A program made the translations under genes and the position numbers. The notes beneath the pieces were generated by a model. That model did no database searches. It was not told where the DNA came from and saw only the letters and a list, made by a program, of their open reading frames with translations. This document shows, one piece after another, positions 18,761 to 29,017 of a DNA stretch of 64,000 nucleotides. The DNA comes from an uncultured bacterium (lineage in GTDB: Bacteria; Planctomycetota; UBA1135; GCA-002686595), in NCBI GenBank assembly GCA_943787795.1, contig CALSNU010000001.1:1120001-1184000 (forward strand), in the 5' to 3' direction. The number at the start of each line of letters is the position of its first letter. Position 1 is the stretch's first letter.

Positions 18761-19438
18761 ATGTTCACCGGTCTCGTCGAAGCCGCCGTCCCGATCCGCT
18801 CCTACGAGGCCGTCGGGACCGGTGCCCGGCTGATCCTCCCATCACCGGGGGTGGCCGATCTGGCCTTGGAGGCGACCCCCGGGGGCTGGGGGGCGAGTTC
18901 CTCGGAGGTCTGGAGCGCGTCGATAGGAGATAGCATCGCGGTCTCCGGCGCCTGCCTGACGGTGGCCGAGCTGCTCGAGCCCCCGGACGAGGCCGGATCC
19001 GCCGGGCCGGACATGGCCTTTGATCTGACCGCCGAGACTCTCGAGCGGACCTGGTTCCGCGGCCGCGCCGGCGCCGGAGTGGCGGTCAACGTGGAGCGAG
19101 CCCTGCGGGTCGGGGATCGCCTCGGCGGCCACATGGTCAGCGGGCACGTGGACACCCTGGGGAGCGCTGTGGGCCGCCGCGACGTGGGGGACGGTGGGGC
19201 CGTCTTCTCCTTCGAGGTGCCCGAGGGCTTCGAGCGCTACCTCGTGGACAAGGGCAGCATCACGATCGACGGGATCAGCCTCACCGTCGTCGACCCCCGC
19301 GAACGCCACTTCGACGTCGCGGTCATTCCTCACACCCTCGCTCGCACTCACCTCGCCCATGTCGCTCCCGGGGACCCGACTCACCTTGAGGCGGACCTGG
19401 TCGCCAAGTGGGTTGAGCGGTTGACGCCCCAGCCCTGA
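18761..19438 (+). CDS. ribE: Riboflavin synthase
   Basis: MFTGLVE start, GDSIAVSGACLT, GGHMVSGHVD, KGSITIDGISLT. Confidence 0.96.
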   Translation: MFTGLVEAAVPIRSYEAVGTGARLILPSPGVADLALEATPGGWGASSSEVWSASIGDSIAVSGACLTVAELLEPPDEAGSAGPDMAFDLTAETLERTWFRGRAGAGVAVNVERALRVGDRLGGHMVSGHVDTLGSAVGRRDVGDGGAVFSFEVPEGFERYLVDKGSITIDGISLTVVDPRERHFDVAVIPHTLARTHLAHVAPGDPTHLEADLVAKWVERLTPQP

Positions 19439-19557
19439 GCCGCGCGCGCGGCCCAGGCGGGCGGAGCCGCTTCAGGGACTCAGAGCCCGCGGCAGCCGGG
19501 GATCAGAAGCCGCGGGAGCCGGGCGGCAGGAGCTGAGGAGGCCGAGGAGGCCGGGGA

Positions 19558-20742
19558 TCAGAATCCCAGGAAGACCGTGGAGAGGAACGTCGCGATGGGC
19601 GCGGCCTCTCGTTGCTCTTCGAGGCCGCCGGTCAGCGTCCTGAGGGCTCGTTCGATATCCGTGGCGATGGTGTCGTCGTTGATCAGGATGCCGAGGGTGC
19701 CGCGCTGCTCCTTGATCGCCGCAGCCGCGTCGGCCGCGTCTGCGGAGAGGGCCAGCAGGTTCTCGTAGATATCCGGCTCGTTCAGGAGTCGGCCGACGGT
19801 GCCCTCGGGGTTATTGAAGCCCTTGAGCGCGACCTCTAGCTCGTTGGCGATGGCCGGGTCATTGATGAGCCTCGCCAGCGTCCCGTCACCGCGGTCGACC
19901 TTCTCGGACGCCGAGCGCACCGACTCGACGATCGCACGGGCGCTCGCCGCGACCTCCTCGTCATAGATCAGGGTCGAGAGCACTCCTTCCCCGTCCCTCG
20001 CGTCTGCCATGAGCTTGCGCGCATCAGCCACCGCCTCGTCGAGTCCGAGCACAAACGTCTCGATGTCGTTGTAGAGCTTCTCGTCGTAGATCAGCTTGCC
20101 GATGGTCCCCTGTCCGCCGCGCAGCTCCTCGGTGAGGGCCTCGATGTTATCGAAGGTGCCCTGGGCGGACTCGATCGTCGCGACCACCGTGTTGGCGGTC
20201 TGCTCGTCGTTGAGCAGGCGCCCGAAGGTCCCCTCGGCGCCGTTCAGGCTCGCCATCACCTGCTCGAGGCCGGCGACGGAGTTGCGGATGGACTCGCGGT
20301 TCTCGTCCACGAGCTCCCCGAGGGCGGCGAGCACGTCGGGCGCGCTCGAGGCGCGGAGGGGCGCGTCGAGGTCCACCGAGCCCGTGTCGCGCGAGCCGGG
20401 GTCGATGCTCAGCTGGACGCCGCCGAGCACAGACGCCGACTCGATCCGCACCACGTGATCCCCGAAGAGGACGATGGGCTGGTCGAGGGTGATGTCGACG
20501 CGGACTCGCTCGGCGCGCGGTCGCTCGAGGTCGGGCGCCACGGCCTCGACCTTGCCCCACCGGACGCCCGCGAAGAGCACCGGCGCCCCCTTCCGCAGCC
20601 CGCGCGCGTCCTCGGCGTAGGCGACGATGCTCTGCTTGCTCTCGAACAGCGAGAAGTCCGTCTTGAACAGGGTGTAGTACGAGAGGATCGAGATGGCGCT
20701 CAGGAAGAGCAGCCCGAGGGAGAGGTGTCGGCGGGGAGTCAT
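19558..20742 (-). CDS. mlaD: MlaD/MCE protein with long helical repeat region
   Basis: TM helix, GLRKGAPVLFAGVRWGKV, six GTxxxLxxD-like repeats. Confidence 0.92.
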   Translation of the reverse strand: MTPRRHLSLGLLFLSAISILSYYTLFKTDFSLFESKQSIVAYAEDARGLRKGAPVLFAGVRWGKVEAVAPDLERPRAERVRVDITLDQPIVLFGDHVVRIESASVLGGVQLSIDPGSRDTGSVDLDAPLRASSAPDVLAALGELVDENRESIRNSVAGLEQVMASLNGAEGTFGRLLNDEQTANTVVATIESAQGTFDNIEALTEELRGGQGTIGKLIYDEKLYNDIETFVLGLDEAVADARKLMADARDGEGVLSTLIYDEEVAASARAIVESVRSASEKVDRGDGTLARLINDPAIANELEVALKGFNNPEGTVGRLLNEPDIYENLLALSADAADAAAAIKEQRGTLGILINDDTIATDIERALRTLTGGLEEQREAAPIATFLSTVFLGF

Positions 20743-20747
20743 GGCGG

Positions 20748-21527
20748 TCAGTTCAGGGCGTCCGGCCCGAGGAACTCGATCAGGCGGGGGTGCGAGGGGC
20801 GCAGGAACTCCTCGGTGGGTTGGTGCACGATGGCCTCGCCCTCGTGGAGGAAGACGACCTCGTCGCACACGGTGCGGATGCAGTCGACGCGGTGCTCGAC
20901 GACCAGCGCCGTGCTCTCGTGGCTCTCGGCGATCTCGCGCATGAGCTCGTTGATGGAGCGTGAGATCTCCGGGTCGAGGCCGGCGTTGGGCTCGTCGTAG
21001 AGGAGGATGTCCGGCTCGACGATGAGGGCTCGGGCGAGGCCGACGCGCTTCTTCATGCCGCCGGAGATCTCGGAGGGGAGCTTCTTGCCCGCATCGGGGA
21101 TGTGGACCATGGCCAGCTTCTCGGCGACGCGGTCGGCGATCTCGCCGCGGCCGAGCTCCGTGTTCTCCACGAGCGGCAGGGCCAGGTTCTCCTCGACCGT
21201 GAGCCAGTTGATGAGCGCGCCCTCCTGGAAGACGTAGCCCATGCGCTTGCGGAGCTCGCTGAGGTCGTGGCCGCTCAGGTCGGGGACGTTTCGGCCCTCC
21301 ACCTCCACGCGGCCCGAGTCGGGCTGGAGCAGGCCGATGACGTGGCGCAGGGCCACGGACTTGCCAGTGCCAGAGCCGCCCATGATCCCGAGGACCTTGC
21401 CCCGCTGGACGTCGAAGGACAGCCCCCGAAGCACCCGCTGGGCGCCGAAGGCCTTGTGGACGTCCTCGAAGCGCAGGATGACGTCCTGCGCGGCGGACCG
21501 CTCTGTGGTGGGGGCGGCGGTGGTCAT
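20748..21527 (-). CDS. mlaF: MlaF-type ABC ATPase
   Basis: GGSGTGKS, ISGGMKKRVGLAR, LYDEPNAGLDP. Confidence 0.95.
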   Translation of the reverse strand: MTTAAPTTERSAAQDVILRFEDVHKAFGAQRVLRGLSFDVQRGKVLGIMGGSGTGKSVALRHVIGLLQPDSGRVEVEGRNVPDLSGHDLSELRKRMGYVFQEGALINWLTVEENLALPLVENTELGRGEIADRVAEKLAMVHIPDAGKKLPSEISGGMKKRVGLARALIVEPDILLYDEPNAGLDPEISRSINELMREIAESHESTALVVEHRVDCIRTVCDEVVFLHEGEAIVHQPTEEFLRPSHPRLIEFLGPDALN

Positions 21528-22432
21528 CGGTAAAGGAACCACGTGAGGAAGTAGTTGGCGACGATCACCGCGATGATCGAGTCCCGCACAGCGCGGCTCG
21601 TCGCTCGTCCCACGCCGAGCGCGCCGCCCCGAGCCACGAGGCCGCTGGCGCAGGAGATGATCGCGATGAGCCCGCCGAAGATGACCGACTTGAACAGGCC
21701 CGAGTAGACGTCCATGGGGACCGGGATGAGGGCCCCCTTCTCCTGGAGCGCATCCAGGGCGGTCTCGGTGTACTGGGCGAGGGGGACGCCGAGCTGGCTG
21801 GAGGCGACAAAGCCGCCACCGACGATGCCGATCGTGTCGCAGAGGACCGTCAGGACCGGCGCGATGATCATGAGCGCCGCCACGCGCGGCACCACCAGGA
21901 AGGAGACCCGGTCCACCGACATGACCTCCAGGGCCGAGAGCTCGTCGGAGACTGACATCGTTCCGAGCTCCGCGGCCAGCGCGCTGCCCGTCGTCGCGGC
22001 GAGGACGACCGAGGTGATGAACGGGCCCATCTCCCGGGTCATGCTCGCGGCGACGATCGTGCCGATCTGGTCCTGCTGGCCGAAGCGGGAGAGCTCGATC
22101 CCGGTCTGCAGGGACACGATCATCCCCATGAAGAGCCCCACCAGCAGCACCACGTGCATGTTCCGGACGCCTGCAGCGAAGAGCTGCTCCATCAGCCAGC
22201 GCGAGCGCCGCGGCAGGTGATGGAGGCGCATGGCCGTGGCGCCGGCCAGCTCCAGGATCGAGCCCATCTCGACCACGGTCGCGCGGAACCACGCGGCCTG
22301 CAGCAGGACGTACGCCAGCCCCGCCGCGAAGGCGAAGGGGAGGGCGTCCGCGAGCCACCCGGGAGGGGCGGCCAGGAGGTGGGCTGGCGGGGTCATCACG
22401 GGCACGATCAGGGCCTGGGGAGCCGGAATCAA
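21524..22432 (-). CDS. mlaE: MlaE-type ABC permease
   Basis: REMGP, AELGTM, LVVPR, GALGVGRATSRAV. Confidence 0.95.
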   Translation of the reverse strand: MIPAPQALIVPVMTPPAHLLAAPPGWLADALPFAFAAGLAYVLLQAAWFRATVVEMGSILELAGATAMRLHHLPRRSRWLMEQLFAAGVRNMHVVLLVGLFMGMIVSLQTGIELSRFGQQDQIGTIVAASMTREMGPFITSVVLAATTGSALAAELGTMSVSDELSALEVMSVDRVSFLVVPRVAALMIIAPVLTVLCDTIGIVGGGFVASSQLGVPLAQYTETALDALQEKGALIPVPMDVYSGLFKSVIFGGLIAIISCASGLVARGGALGVGRATSRAVRDSIIAVIVANYFLTWFLYR

Positions 22433-24192
22433 CGACTCGGCGGGGAATCGGCAGCCAAACCCAGCGGGGGGAGCGCCGCATCGACGTCAACCCTCGGCGC
22501 AGGTCCAAGGCTGGCGGCGGTCGGGCCAGGGGCCCCCTCTGATGGCGGCGCAGGCTCCAGCGCAGGCTCCAGCGCAGGGTCCAGCGCGGGGCCGAGAGTG
22601 GGGCCGAGAGCGGGGGCGGTGGATGACGGTGTCCTGCGCATGGGCCAGCCCGGGCCGGGGAAGGAGGGGCGGAGCAGCTCGAAGCCCCCGGCGTCGGTCG
22701 AGCGGTACCGGAGCAGCCCGAAGAGCAGCGACCGCTCGCGGGCGCGCTGGCCGGCGCGCGTGTAGTCCCTCGCGGACCACAGGAAGCTCAGGGACCGACG
22801 ATCCTCGTCCGCGTCCTTCTCGCGCCTCCACAGGCCGAGCCAGGAGCGAGAGCGGACCTCGTCGCCGTTCCGGCGCCGGGTGTAGAGCTCCCAGAGCCAG
22901 GCGTAGTGCTCGTCCACGAACTCGTAGTCGGGGAACGGATTGAGGTCAATGACGTGCACGTCGCTCTGTCCAGGCGCCGTCCGGACGCGGCCGAAGGGCC
23001 AGGCCTTGCGGTAGCGCTCGGTCCCCAGCGGCCCGGTGGACTCGGGCGTCACGAAGGTCCGCTCTCGCTCGTAGCTACGCCAGAGCGGGAAGGCCTTGAA
23101 GGTGTCCTTGGTTCCGTCGTCGTAGTCCTCATGGCGCCAGTTCACCAGCGGCCAGGCCACCCACTTGGAGGTCATGCCGTCGCCTTTGTAGGAGGAGTAG
23201 AAGGGCCACACACGCTTGCGCGTGGCGCGCTCGGGGTCGCCGCCCTGGAAGACCACGAGCGGCCAGGGGCCATCCCACGCCCAGAAGCCCGTGCGCTTGT
23301 CCTTGGCATAGCCGAAGAGCGGCCAGAGGAAGGAGGTGCTCGTGGCCTGCTCGCGGCGGGCCTGCCCTCCGAGGGGCCAGATCATCCACGACGAGCGCTG
23401 CTGCTCGTCCCCGAATTGGACATCGTTGCGCTGCCAGTGGAAGAACGGCCAGAGGAAGAACCAGCGGTCGTACCTGCCGTCCCAGCTCCGGTTGCCGATG
23501 AGGGGCCAGGCGCGCCAGGCGGTCCCGCCGGCTCCGTAGGAGTAGGAGAAGAACGGCCAGAGGAAGTGGTCGGTCGTCCGGCCGGAGCGCTCGGTCCGTA
23601 GCCAGAGCGGGAACAGCACGAAGGTGCCGCGGTCGAGGGAGAGGAACTTCTCCACCACCCCGCCGAACGGGAAGAAGGCGCGCTGGACCCGGCCGTCTTC
23701 ATGGGACGACAGGTAGATCCCCGGGAGGATGAGCAGGGACCACGTCTTGAAGCCGTTGTCCTCCACCTGGCTGGCGTATCGAACCAGCGGGATGAACTGG
23801 GACACCTCGGACTGCTGGGAGGCGTCCTTCTTGATCTGGCCGAACGGCGGGATGAACCACGCCCGCTCGTCGCCGTTCGCGTCCGTGCGGTTGGACAGGA
23901 TGGGCCGCACGGCCCAGTAGCGGCGGTCGCCGGAGTTGGGGTCCCGGCGGGTCACGACCGCGCCCCCGAGCGCCTCCACCTCCGGCACGCCACCTGCGGC
24001 GGAGTGCGAGGAGAAGAACGGAGACAGATTACGCTCGGTCGACGGGCCGGCGCAGGCGGCGCAGAGACTCAGCGCGGCGGCCAAGATGCCGCGACGCCAT
24101 GGCCGCGGACGTCCGGCCCGGCGGCTCCAAGGAGCGCGCCCCGCAGGGCTCCGGAAGCAGGAGCCAAGTTGGGATTCGTGAACGGCGGGCAT
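22429..24192 (-). CDS. Lipoprotein with many Trp/Phe/Pro beta-hairpin-like repeats
   Basis: Lipobox-like LCAAC; repeated FLWPFF, AWPL and VWPFY units; stop overlaps the mlaE start; start uncertain. Confidence 0.85.
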   Translation of the reverse strand: MPAVHESQLGSCFRSPAGRAPWSRRAGRPRPWRRGILAAALSLCAACAGPSTERNLSPFFSSHSAAGGVPEVEALGGAVVTRRDPNSGDRRYWAVRPILSNRTDANGDERAWFIPPFGQIKKDASQQSEVSQFIPLVRYASQVEDNGFKTWSLLILPGIYLSSHEDGRVQRAFFPFGGVVEKFLSLDRGTFVLFPLWLRTERSGRTTDHFLWPFFSYSYGAGGTAWRAWPLIGNRSWDGRYDRWFFLWPFFHWQRNDVQFGDEQQRSSWMIWPLGGQARREQATSTSFLWPLFGYAKDKRTGFWAWDGPWPLVVFQGGDPERATRKRVWPFYSSYKGDGMTSKWVAWPLVNWRHEDYDDGTKDTFKAFPLWRSYERERTFVTPESTGPLGTERYRKAWPFGRVRTAPGQSDVHVIDLNPFPDYEFVDEHYAWLWELYTRRRNGDEVRSRSWLGLWRREKDADEDRRSLSFLWSARDYTRAGQRARERSLLFGLLRYRSTDAGGFELLRPSFPGPGWPMRRTPSSTAPALGPTLGPALDPALEPALEPAPPSEGAPGPTAASLGPAPRVDVDAALPPLGLAADSPPSR

Positions 24193-24450
24193 GGGGCTCC
24201 CGGAGATTCTGTCGGGCTCACGTGGGGGATACCACATGAACCGGTGGTGCCTTGGGCGGAAGCGGCTCCCTGACGGGCGAGATGTGGCTACCGGGCGATG
24301 GCGTGGGCGTGGAGAAGGGCAGCCGGTCGCGGGGCGGGGCGACGGGCGACCCCGGTCCGGCCCGGCTCACGACTCCGCGTCGCTGGCTGGCGGGATTCCT
24401 CCGCGGCGCGGGCTTGACGCGCCGGATCCGCGGGGCACGGTGTGGGCGAT

Positions 24451-25446
24451 ATGACCACAGCAACGCCGACCACCCTCTCGGGAATTCAGCCCAGCGGACT
24501 GCAGCACCTCGGCAACTACTTCGGTGCGATCCGGCAGCACGTGGCCTCCCAGGCCACCCCGGGCGAGCACTTCTTCTTCATCGCGGACTACCACGCGCTG
24601 ACGACCATCCACGACGCAGAGACGCTGCGTGGTCACGTGCGCGACCTGGCCGCGACCTACCTCGCGCTGGGGCTCGATCCGGAGCAGGCGGTGTTCTTCA
24701 GGCAATCGGATGTGCCCGAGGTGACCGAGCTGACGTGGCTGCTGTCCACCGTCACGGGCATGGGGCTGCTGGAGCGAGCGCACTCCTACAAGGACAAGAC
24801 CGCCAAGGGGATCAAGCCCTCGGTGGGGCTGTTCACCTATCCGATCCTGATGGCGGCGGACATCCTCGCGTACGACTCGACGGTGGTGCCGGTCGGGAAG
24901 GATCAGGTCCAGCACGTGGAGATGGCGCAGGACATGGCGACCCACTTCAACTCCCGGTTTGGAGAGGTCTTCACCCGGCCGGAGGCCCGGATCCCCGAGC
25001 GTGCAGACATGGCCAAGGTGCCTGGTCTGGACGGGCAGAAGATGTCCAAGTCGTACGGCAACCACCTGTGGATCTTCGAGGAGGGGAAGAAGCTGAAGAA
25101 GGCCATCGGACGGATCGCCACGGACAGCCGCCCGCCGGAGGAGCCGAAGGACCCGGCGAGCGTGGCGCTCTTTGACTTCCTGGCGCTCTTTCTCGACCAG
25201 ACCGAGTTGGACCAGTGGAAGGGGCGCGTTGAGCTTGGCGGCGAGGGCGCGCCGGGTTACGGCCACCTCAAGGTCCGTCTCGTGGAGGCCATGGACGCTC
25301 ACTTCGCCGAGCCCAGGGAGCGCCGCCGCGCCCTCCTGGATGACCCTGCCGAGCTGGACCGGATCCTCGCGAGGGGCGCGGAGCGCGCGCGCGAGCGGGC
25401 CACGGCGGTGCGGGATCGGGCCTACAGGGCCTGCGGGCTGCGCTGA
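24451..25446 (+). CDS. trpS: Tryptophanyl-tRNA synthetase
   Basis: SGIQPSG, HLGN, YPILMAADIL, VPVGKDQ, KMSKS. Confidence 0.97.
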   Translation: MTTATPTTLSGIQPSGLQHLGNYFGAIRQHVASQATPGEHFFFIADYHALTTIHDAETLRGHVRDLAATYLALGLDPEQAVFFRQSDVPEVTELTWLLSTVTGMGLLERAHSYKDKTAKGIKPSVGLFTYPILMAADILAYDSTVVPVGKDQVQHVEMAQDMATHFNSRFGEVFTRPEARIPERADMAKVPGLDGQKMSKSYGNHLWIFEEGKKLKKAIGRIATDSRPPEEPKDPASVALFDFLALFLDQTELDQWKGRVELGGEGAPGYGHLKVRLVEAMDAHFAEPRERRRALLDDPAELDRILARGAERARERATAVRDRAYRACGLR

Positions 25447-25543
25447 TCGGTCGAGTCGGGGCGGCGATGGGAGGCTGGGCACAAGGACGTCGGTGATCCT
25501 GCCGATAGACCCCATGTCAGGCCCCTTGACCCCCTCGACCTCC

Positions 25544-26131
25544 ATGACGATTCGCTACATCGGCGCCCTGACGGCGCTTCTGCTCCTCACCCCCGGGTGC
25601 CGCTCGGCCGGCACCACCGCGCAGGAGCGGTTCACCGCTCCTGACGATGGTGCCGTCTCCGCCCAGGAGTCTTCAGGCGAGACAGACGGCTGGACGGAGC
25701 CCGAGGCCAACGTGCCCGCCCCGCCGCCCGAGTGGACCGGCGCCTTCGGGGAGACGGCGGTCCTCCTGGCGAACACGCTCCGCATCGAGGGGCCGGCGCC
25801 GCTCATCGAGCACGTGGTGGCGAGCTCCGACAAGGAGCTCTACGACCGCCGTGTGACCACCACGCCCCTCGGGTTTGTCCAGGTCATCAAGCGCCGCTCG
25901 ACCTCCAGCCGTGAGGTCCGCGTCCAGCTGGACGCCTGGAGCCTGGCAGCCATCGATGAGGTCACCATCGTGGAGACCGCAGCCCAGGGGCCGGTCAAGG
26001 TCATCGCCAACGGGAAGGCGATCTGGAGAGACCTCGACGCGCGCCTGATGCAGGGCGAGCGGCTACAGTTCACGGGTGCGATCGGAGACGAATCCCCATT
26101 CATGCCGCCTCCGAGCGGTGACACCCGCTGA
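25544..26131 (+). CDS. Hypothetical lipoprotein
   Basis: MTIRYIGALTALLLLTPGC signal with lipobox. Confidence 0.75.
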   Translation: MTIRYIGALTALLLLTPGCRSAGTTAQERFTAPDDGAVSAQESSGETDGWTEPEANVPAPPPEWTGAFGETAVLLANTLRIEGPAPLIEHVVASSDKELYDRRVTTTPLGFVQVIKRRSTSSREVRVQLDAWSLAAIDEVTIVETAAQGPVKVIANGKAIWRDLDARLMQGERLQFTGAIGDESPFMPPPSGDTR

Positions 26132-27383
26132 GGTGGACCCCGCTGAGGTGGACCCCGCTGAGGCCGGCTCTGCTGATGTCGTGACCCTCGCGTCCGATCC
26201 CCCCCGGGTCCGGCGTCGGCTGTCTCGCGTGAGCTCAGCGCTGGGCGAGAGGGTGCGGCTGCTGAGGCCCGCGCTCATGGCGGCGGGACTCGTCTTTTGG
26301 GGAGCGGGGTGCGCAGCCCGGACCGAGGTCTGGGAGGCGACCTGGGACGCGCCCTACGCGGCGTTCGGACCTGATGAGCGAGCCCAGTTTTCCCAGGTCC
26401 GGCAGCTCCTCGATCGAGGGCAGCGGCTGGACGGGTTGGGAGCTCTGCAGGTGCTCGTGAATGAGGATGGGGACAACCTGGAACTCGCCTGCTGGCTGCA
26501 GGACCTGGAGGCCGAGCTGCTCCTCGACGGGGTGGAGCCGCGTCGGGTCTTCCCGGAGGCCGATGAGCCCCTCGACCGCGCCGCGGCGGAAGTCGGTGAT
26601 CCGGCGGAGGATCTTCGGCGCGTCTACGCGGCCCGCGCCGCGGAGCTGCCCACGGTCCAGGCGTTGATCCTGGCCGCTCGGGTCGAGACCGATGGCCCCG
26701 CCGCGGAGTCCTTGCTCCGCCGGGCGCTCGAGCTGGATCCGGTTTGCTCCTGGGCCCACTATGGGCTCAGCCACGTCCTCCTCGAGAAGCGCTCGCAGCC
26801 AGACCGCTGGAGCCTGGCGAGGGACGCCCTGGACCGGGCTCTGGAGATCGAGCCGGGCAACCTTCGCGCCCGGCGACTGGAGGCCTGGATGCTGGCGGAG
26901 GAGGGGAGCCGTGACGTCGCGGAGAAGCAGCTTCGGCGTTGGCTGGAGGAGTCCGCCGAGGACCCGCGCGTCTCACGGGTGGAGGCGGTGGAGGCGCGCC
27001 TGGACCTCGCGCTCCTGTTGCTGCTGCGCGGGGAGGATCGTCGCGCGGCCAGGCTGCTCGAAGACCTCGAGGGTGAGCCCGTGGGGCGCGCGCGCCGCTG
27101 GATGCTGCTCACCGTCGCGCGCCAGGAGGGCGGTGACCTGCTCGGCGCTTTGGACGCGACGTTGCGCGCCCAGGGCGCGGCGGCGGGGGATGTGCTGCCG
27201 CTCGTCCAGGAGGCGCTGCTCAGTGAGGCGTTCCTGGATCGGCCAGAGGTCGCGAGTGCCCTCTGGGAAGAGGTGGCGGAGCTCGCGGAAGACGGGGCCA
27301 CGATTGGTGACCTCGTGCAGGGGCTCCGCGCGCGGGTTCGCATGGAGCGGAGCCGCTCAGCGGCGGAGGAGGAGACCCCTTGA
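26118..27383 (+). CDS. TPR-repeat putative lipoprotein; start uncertain
   Basis: WGAGC lipobox-like motif, RALELDP and RALEIEP TPR signatures; overlaps the dtd start. Confidence 0.8.
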   Translation: MTPAEVDPAEVDPAEAGSADVVTLASDPPRVRRRLSRVSSALGERVRLLRPALMAAGLVFWGAGCAARTEVWEATWDAPYAAFGPDERAQFSQVRQLLDRGQRLDGLGALQVLVNEDGDNLELACWLQDLEAELLLDGVEPRRVFPEADEPLDRAAAEVGDPAEDLRRVYAARAAELPTVQALILAARVETDGPAAESLLRRALELDPVCSWAHYGLSHVLLEKRSQPDRWSLARDALDRALEIEPGNLRARRLEAWMLAEEGSRDVAEKQLRRWLEESAEDPRVSRVEAVEARLDLALLLLLRGEDRRAARLLEDLEGEPVGRARRWMLLTVARQEGGDLLGALDATLRAQGAAAGDVLPLVQEALLSEAFLDRPEVASALWEEVAELAEDGATIGDLVQGLRARVRMERSRSAAEEETP

Positions 27384-27841
27384 GGGTGGTGCTCCAGAGA
27401 ACGCAGAGGGCTGCTGTGCGCGTGGAGGGCGAGGTGGTGGGCGCCATTGGCTCCGGGGTCCTCGTGCTGCTCGGCGTGATGGAGGGAGACGGAGCTGCCG
27501 AGGTCGAACGACTCGCCTCCAAGGTGGCGCAGTTTCGATTCTTCGGTGACGCCGAGGGGCGAATGAACCTGTCCGCGCTGGACCTGCTCGAGGCAGGGCA
27601 GGAGGTGGGCGTGCTGGTGGTCAGTCAGTTCACCCTCGCCGCCGACGGTCGGAAGGGGCGGCGCCCGTCCTTCGACAAGGCCGCGGCGCCCGCCCTCGCG
27701 GAGCCCCTCTACGAGCGCTTCTGCGCCTGCCTGAGGACTCAGGGACTTCCCGTGGAAACAGGCGTCTTCGGAGCCTCCATGGCGATTGAGCTCATCAACG
27801 ACGGCCCAGCGACCTTCGTCCTCGATGACCCTGCAGGCTGA
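27380..27841 (+). CDS. dtd: D-aminoacyl-tRNA deacylase
   Basis: RVVLQR, VSQFTL, KGRRPSF, FGASM, NDGP. Confidence 0.97.
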   Translation: MRVVLQRTQRAAVRVEGEVVGAIGSGVLVLLGVMEGDGAAEVERLASKVAQFRFFGDAEGRMNLSALDLLEAGQEVGVLVVSQFTLAADGRKGRRPSFDKAAAPALAEPLYERFCACLRTQGLPVETGVFGASMAIELINDGPATFVLDDPAG

Positions 27842-28002
27842 CGTTGATGAGTACGAGCGATCAGGAGGGGTTGCTGCGCTTGGGGCCTGCGGATTGTCCG
27901 TATGGTGCGGGTCCTTGACGCAGTGCCGGATCAGTGAGAGCATCAGGTAGACCCGTGCGCCGCGCCGCTGCACGTCGCACGCCGGTCTCGTCGACAGAGC
28001 CC

Positions 28003-28419
28003 ATGACGGAATCCCAGTCCAGAACCATCACCAAGCGCGAGCTGGTGAATCGCATTGCAGAGGAGACGGACCTGACCAAGGTCGCGGTGCGCGATGTGAT
28101 CCAGAGCTTCCTCGACTCCATCGTCGATGAACTCTCGCAGGGGAACCGGCTCGAGTTCCGCGAGTTCGGGGTCTTCGAGGTGCGGGAGCGCGCCGCCAGG
28201 CTGGCGCAAAACCCCAAGACCCTCGAGAAGGTCGAGGTGCCCGCCAAGCGCGTCGTCAAGTTCAAGGTGGGCCGGGTGATGCGTCAGCGCGTTTGCGACG
28301 AGATCGGTCCGGACGAGATCGAGGCGACCCCCGCGCCGGCCGAGCCGTCGAGCGAGGCCGCCGCGCCCCGTCCGCAGCCGCCGACCCCGCCGCCGACGAA
28401 GCCTGGCTCGCCGTTCTGA
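28003..28419 (+). CDS. HU/IHF family DNA-binding protein with Pro-rich tail
   Basis: ITKRELV, EFREFGVF, AQNPKT, VKFKVG. Confidence 0.95.
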   Translation: MTESQSRTITKRELVNRIAEETDLTKVAVRDVIQSFLDSIVDELSQGNRLEFREFGVFEVRERAARLAQNPKTLEKVEVPAKRVVKFKVGRVMRQRVCDEIGPDEIEATPAPAEPSSEAAAPRPQPPTPPPTKPGSPF

Positions 28420-28500
28420 CGGCTCCTGACTGACGGCTCTCGGCTGCGGCTCTCGGCTGGCGGCTCCGGACTGACGGCTTCGGGCCGACGGTCCCTGGCC
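28416..28500. repeat. About 14-bp degenerate tandem repeat CTGACGGCTC..., starting at the HU stop codon
   Basis: Read directly from the sequence. Confidence 0.7.
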
Positions 28501-28827
28501 ACGGGGCCGGTTCGCATGTTCGCAGCTTCTCTTGTGGCGTCGGGCCTCGGGCCCGTGGGCGGCTGGGCCTCCGGCCCGGCCACGGCTTCGATCCCATGAG
28601 CCCAGCCGTGTCGCAGCTGGAGCTCGGGCCCTGCGTGGATCCTGGACCCCGCCTGGGCCTCGGACCTCGCGGAGCCCATGGTCACGCGAAGCCCATGGTC
28701 ACGCGGAGGGGGGGGCACGCGGAGGCGGGGGTCACCCGGAGGCGGGGGTCACTTGGCGGTGAGGGTCTGAGGCGTCGGGGCCGCGGGGCTCAGGGCGCAG
28801 TTGCGGCTCAGAATCAGACTCGGCCCC

Positions 28828-28949
28828 TTCGAGCGAGTGGACTCCTTCGAGCGAGTGGACTCCTTCGAGCGAGTGGACCCAGTCGAGCGAGTGGACCCAG
28901 TCGAGCGAGTGGACCCAGTCGAGCGAGTGGACCCAGTCGAGCGGGTGGG
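28828..28949. repeat. 18-bp tandem repeat KTCGAGCGAGTGGACYCM, 6 full copies plus a partial one
   Basis: Read directly from the sequence. Confidence 0.92.
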
Positions 28950-29017
28950 GGCATGGGCCGGGCCGACTCAGAACTGCGGACCGCCGGCCGGTGGTTGCGG
29001 CCGGCGGTACGCGGGAG

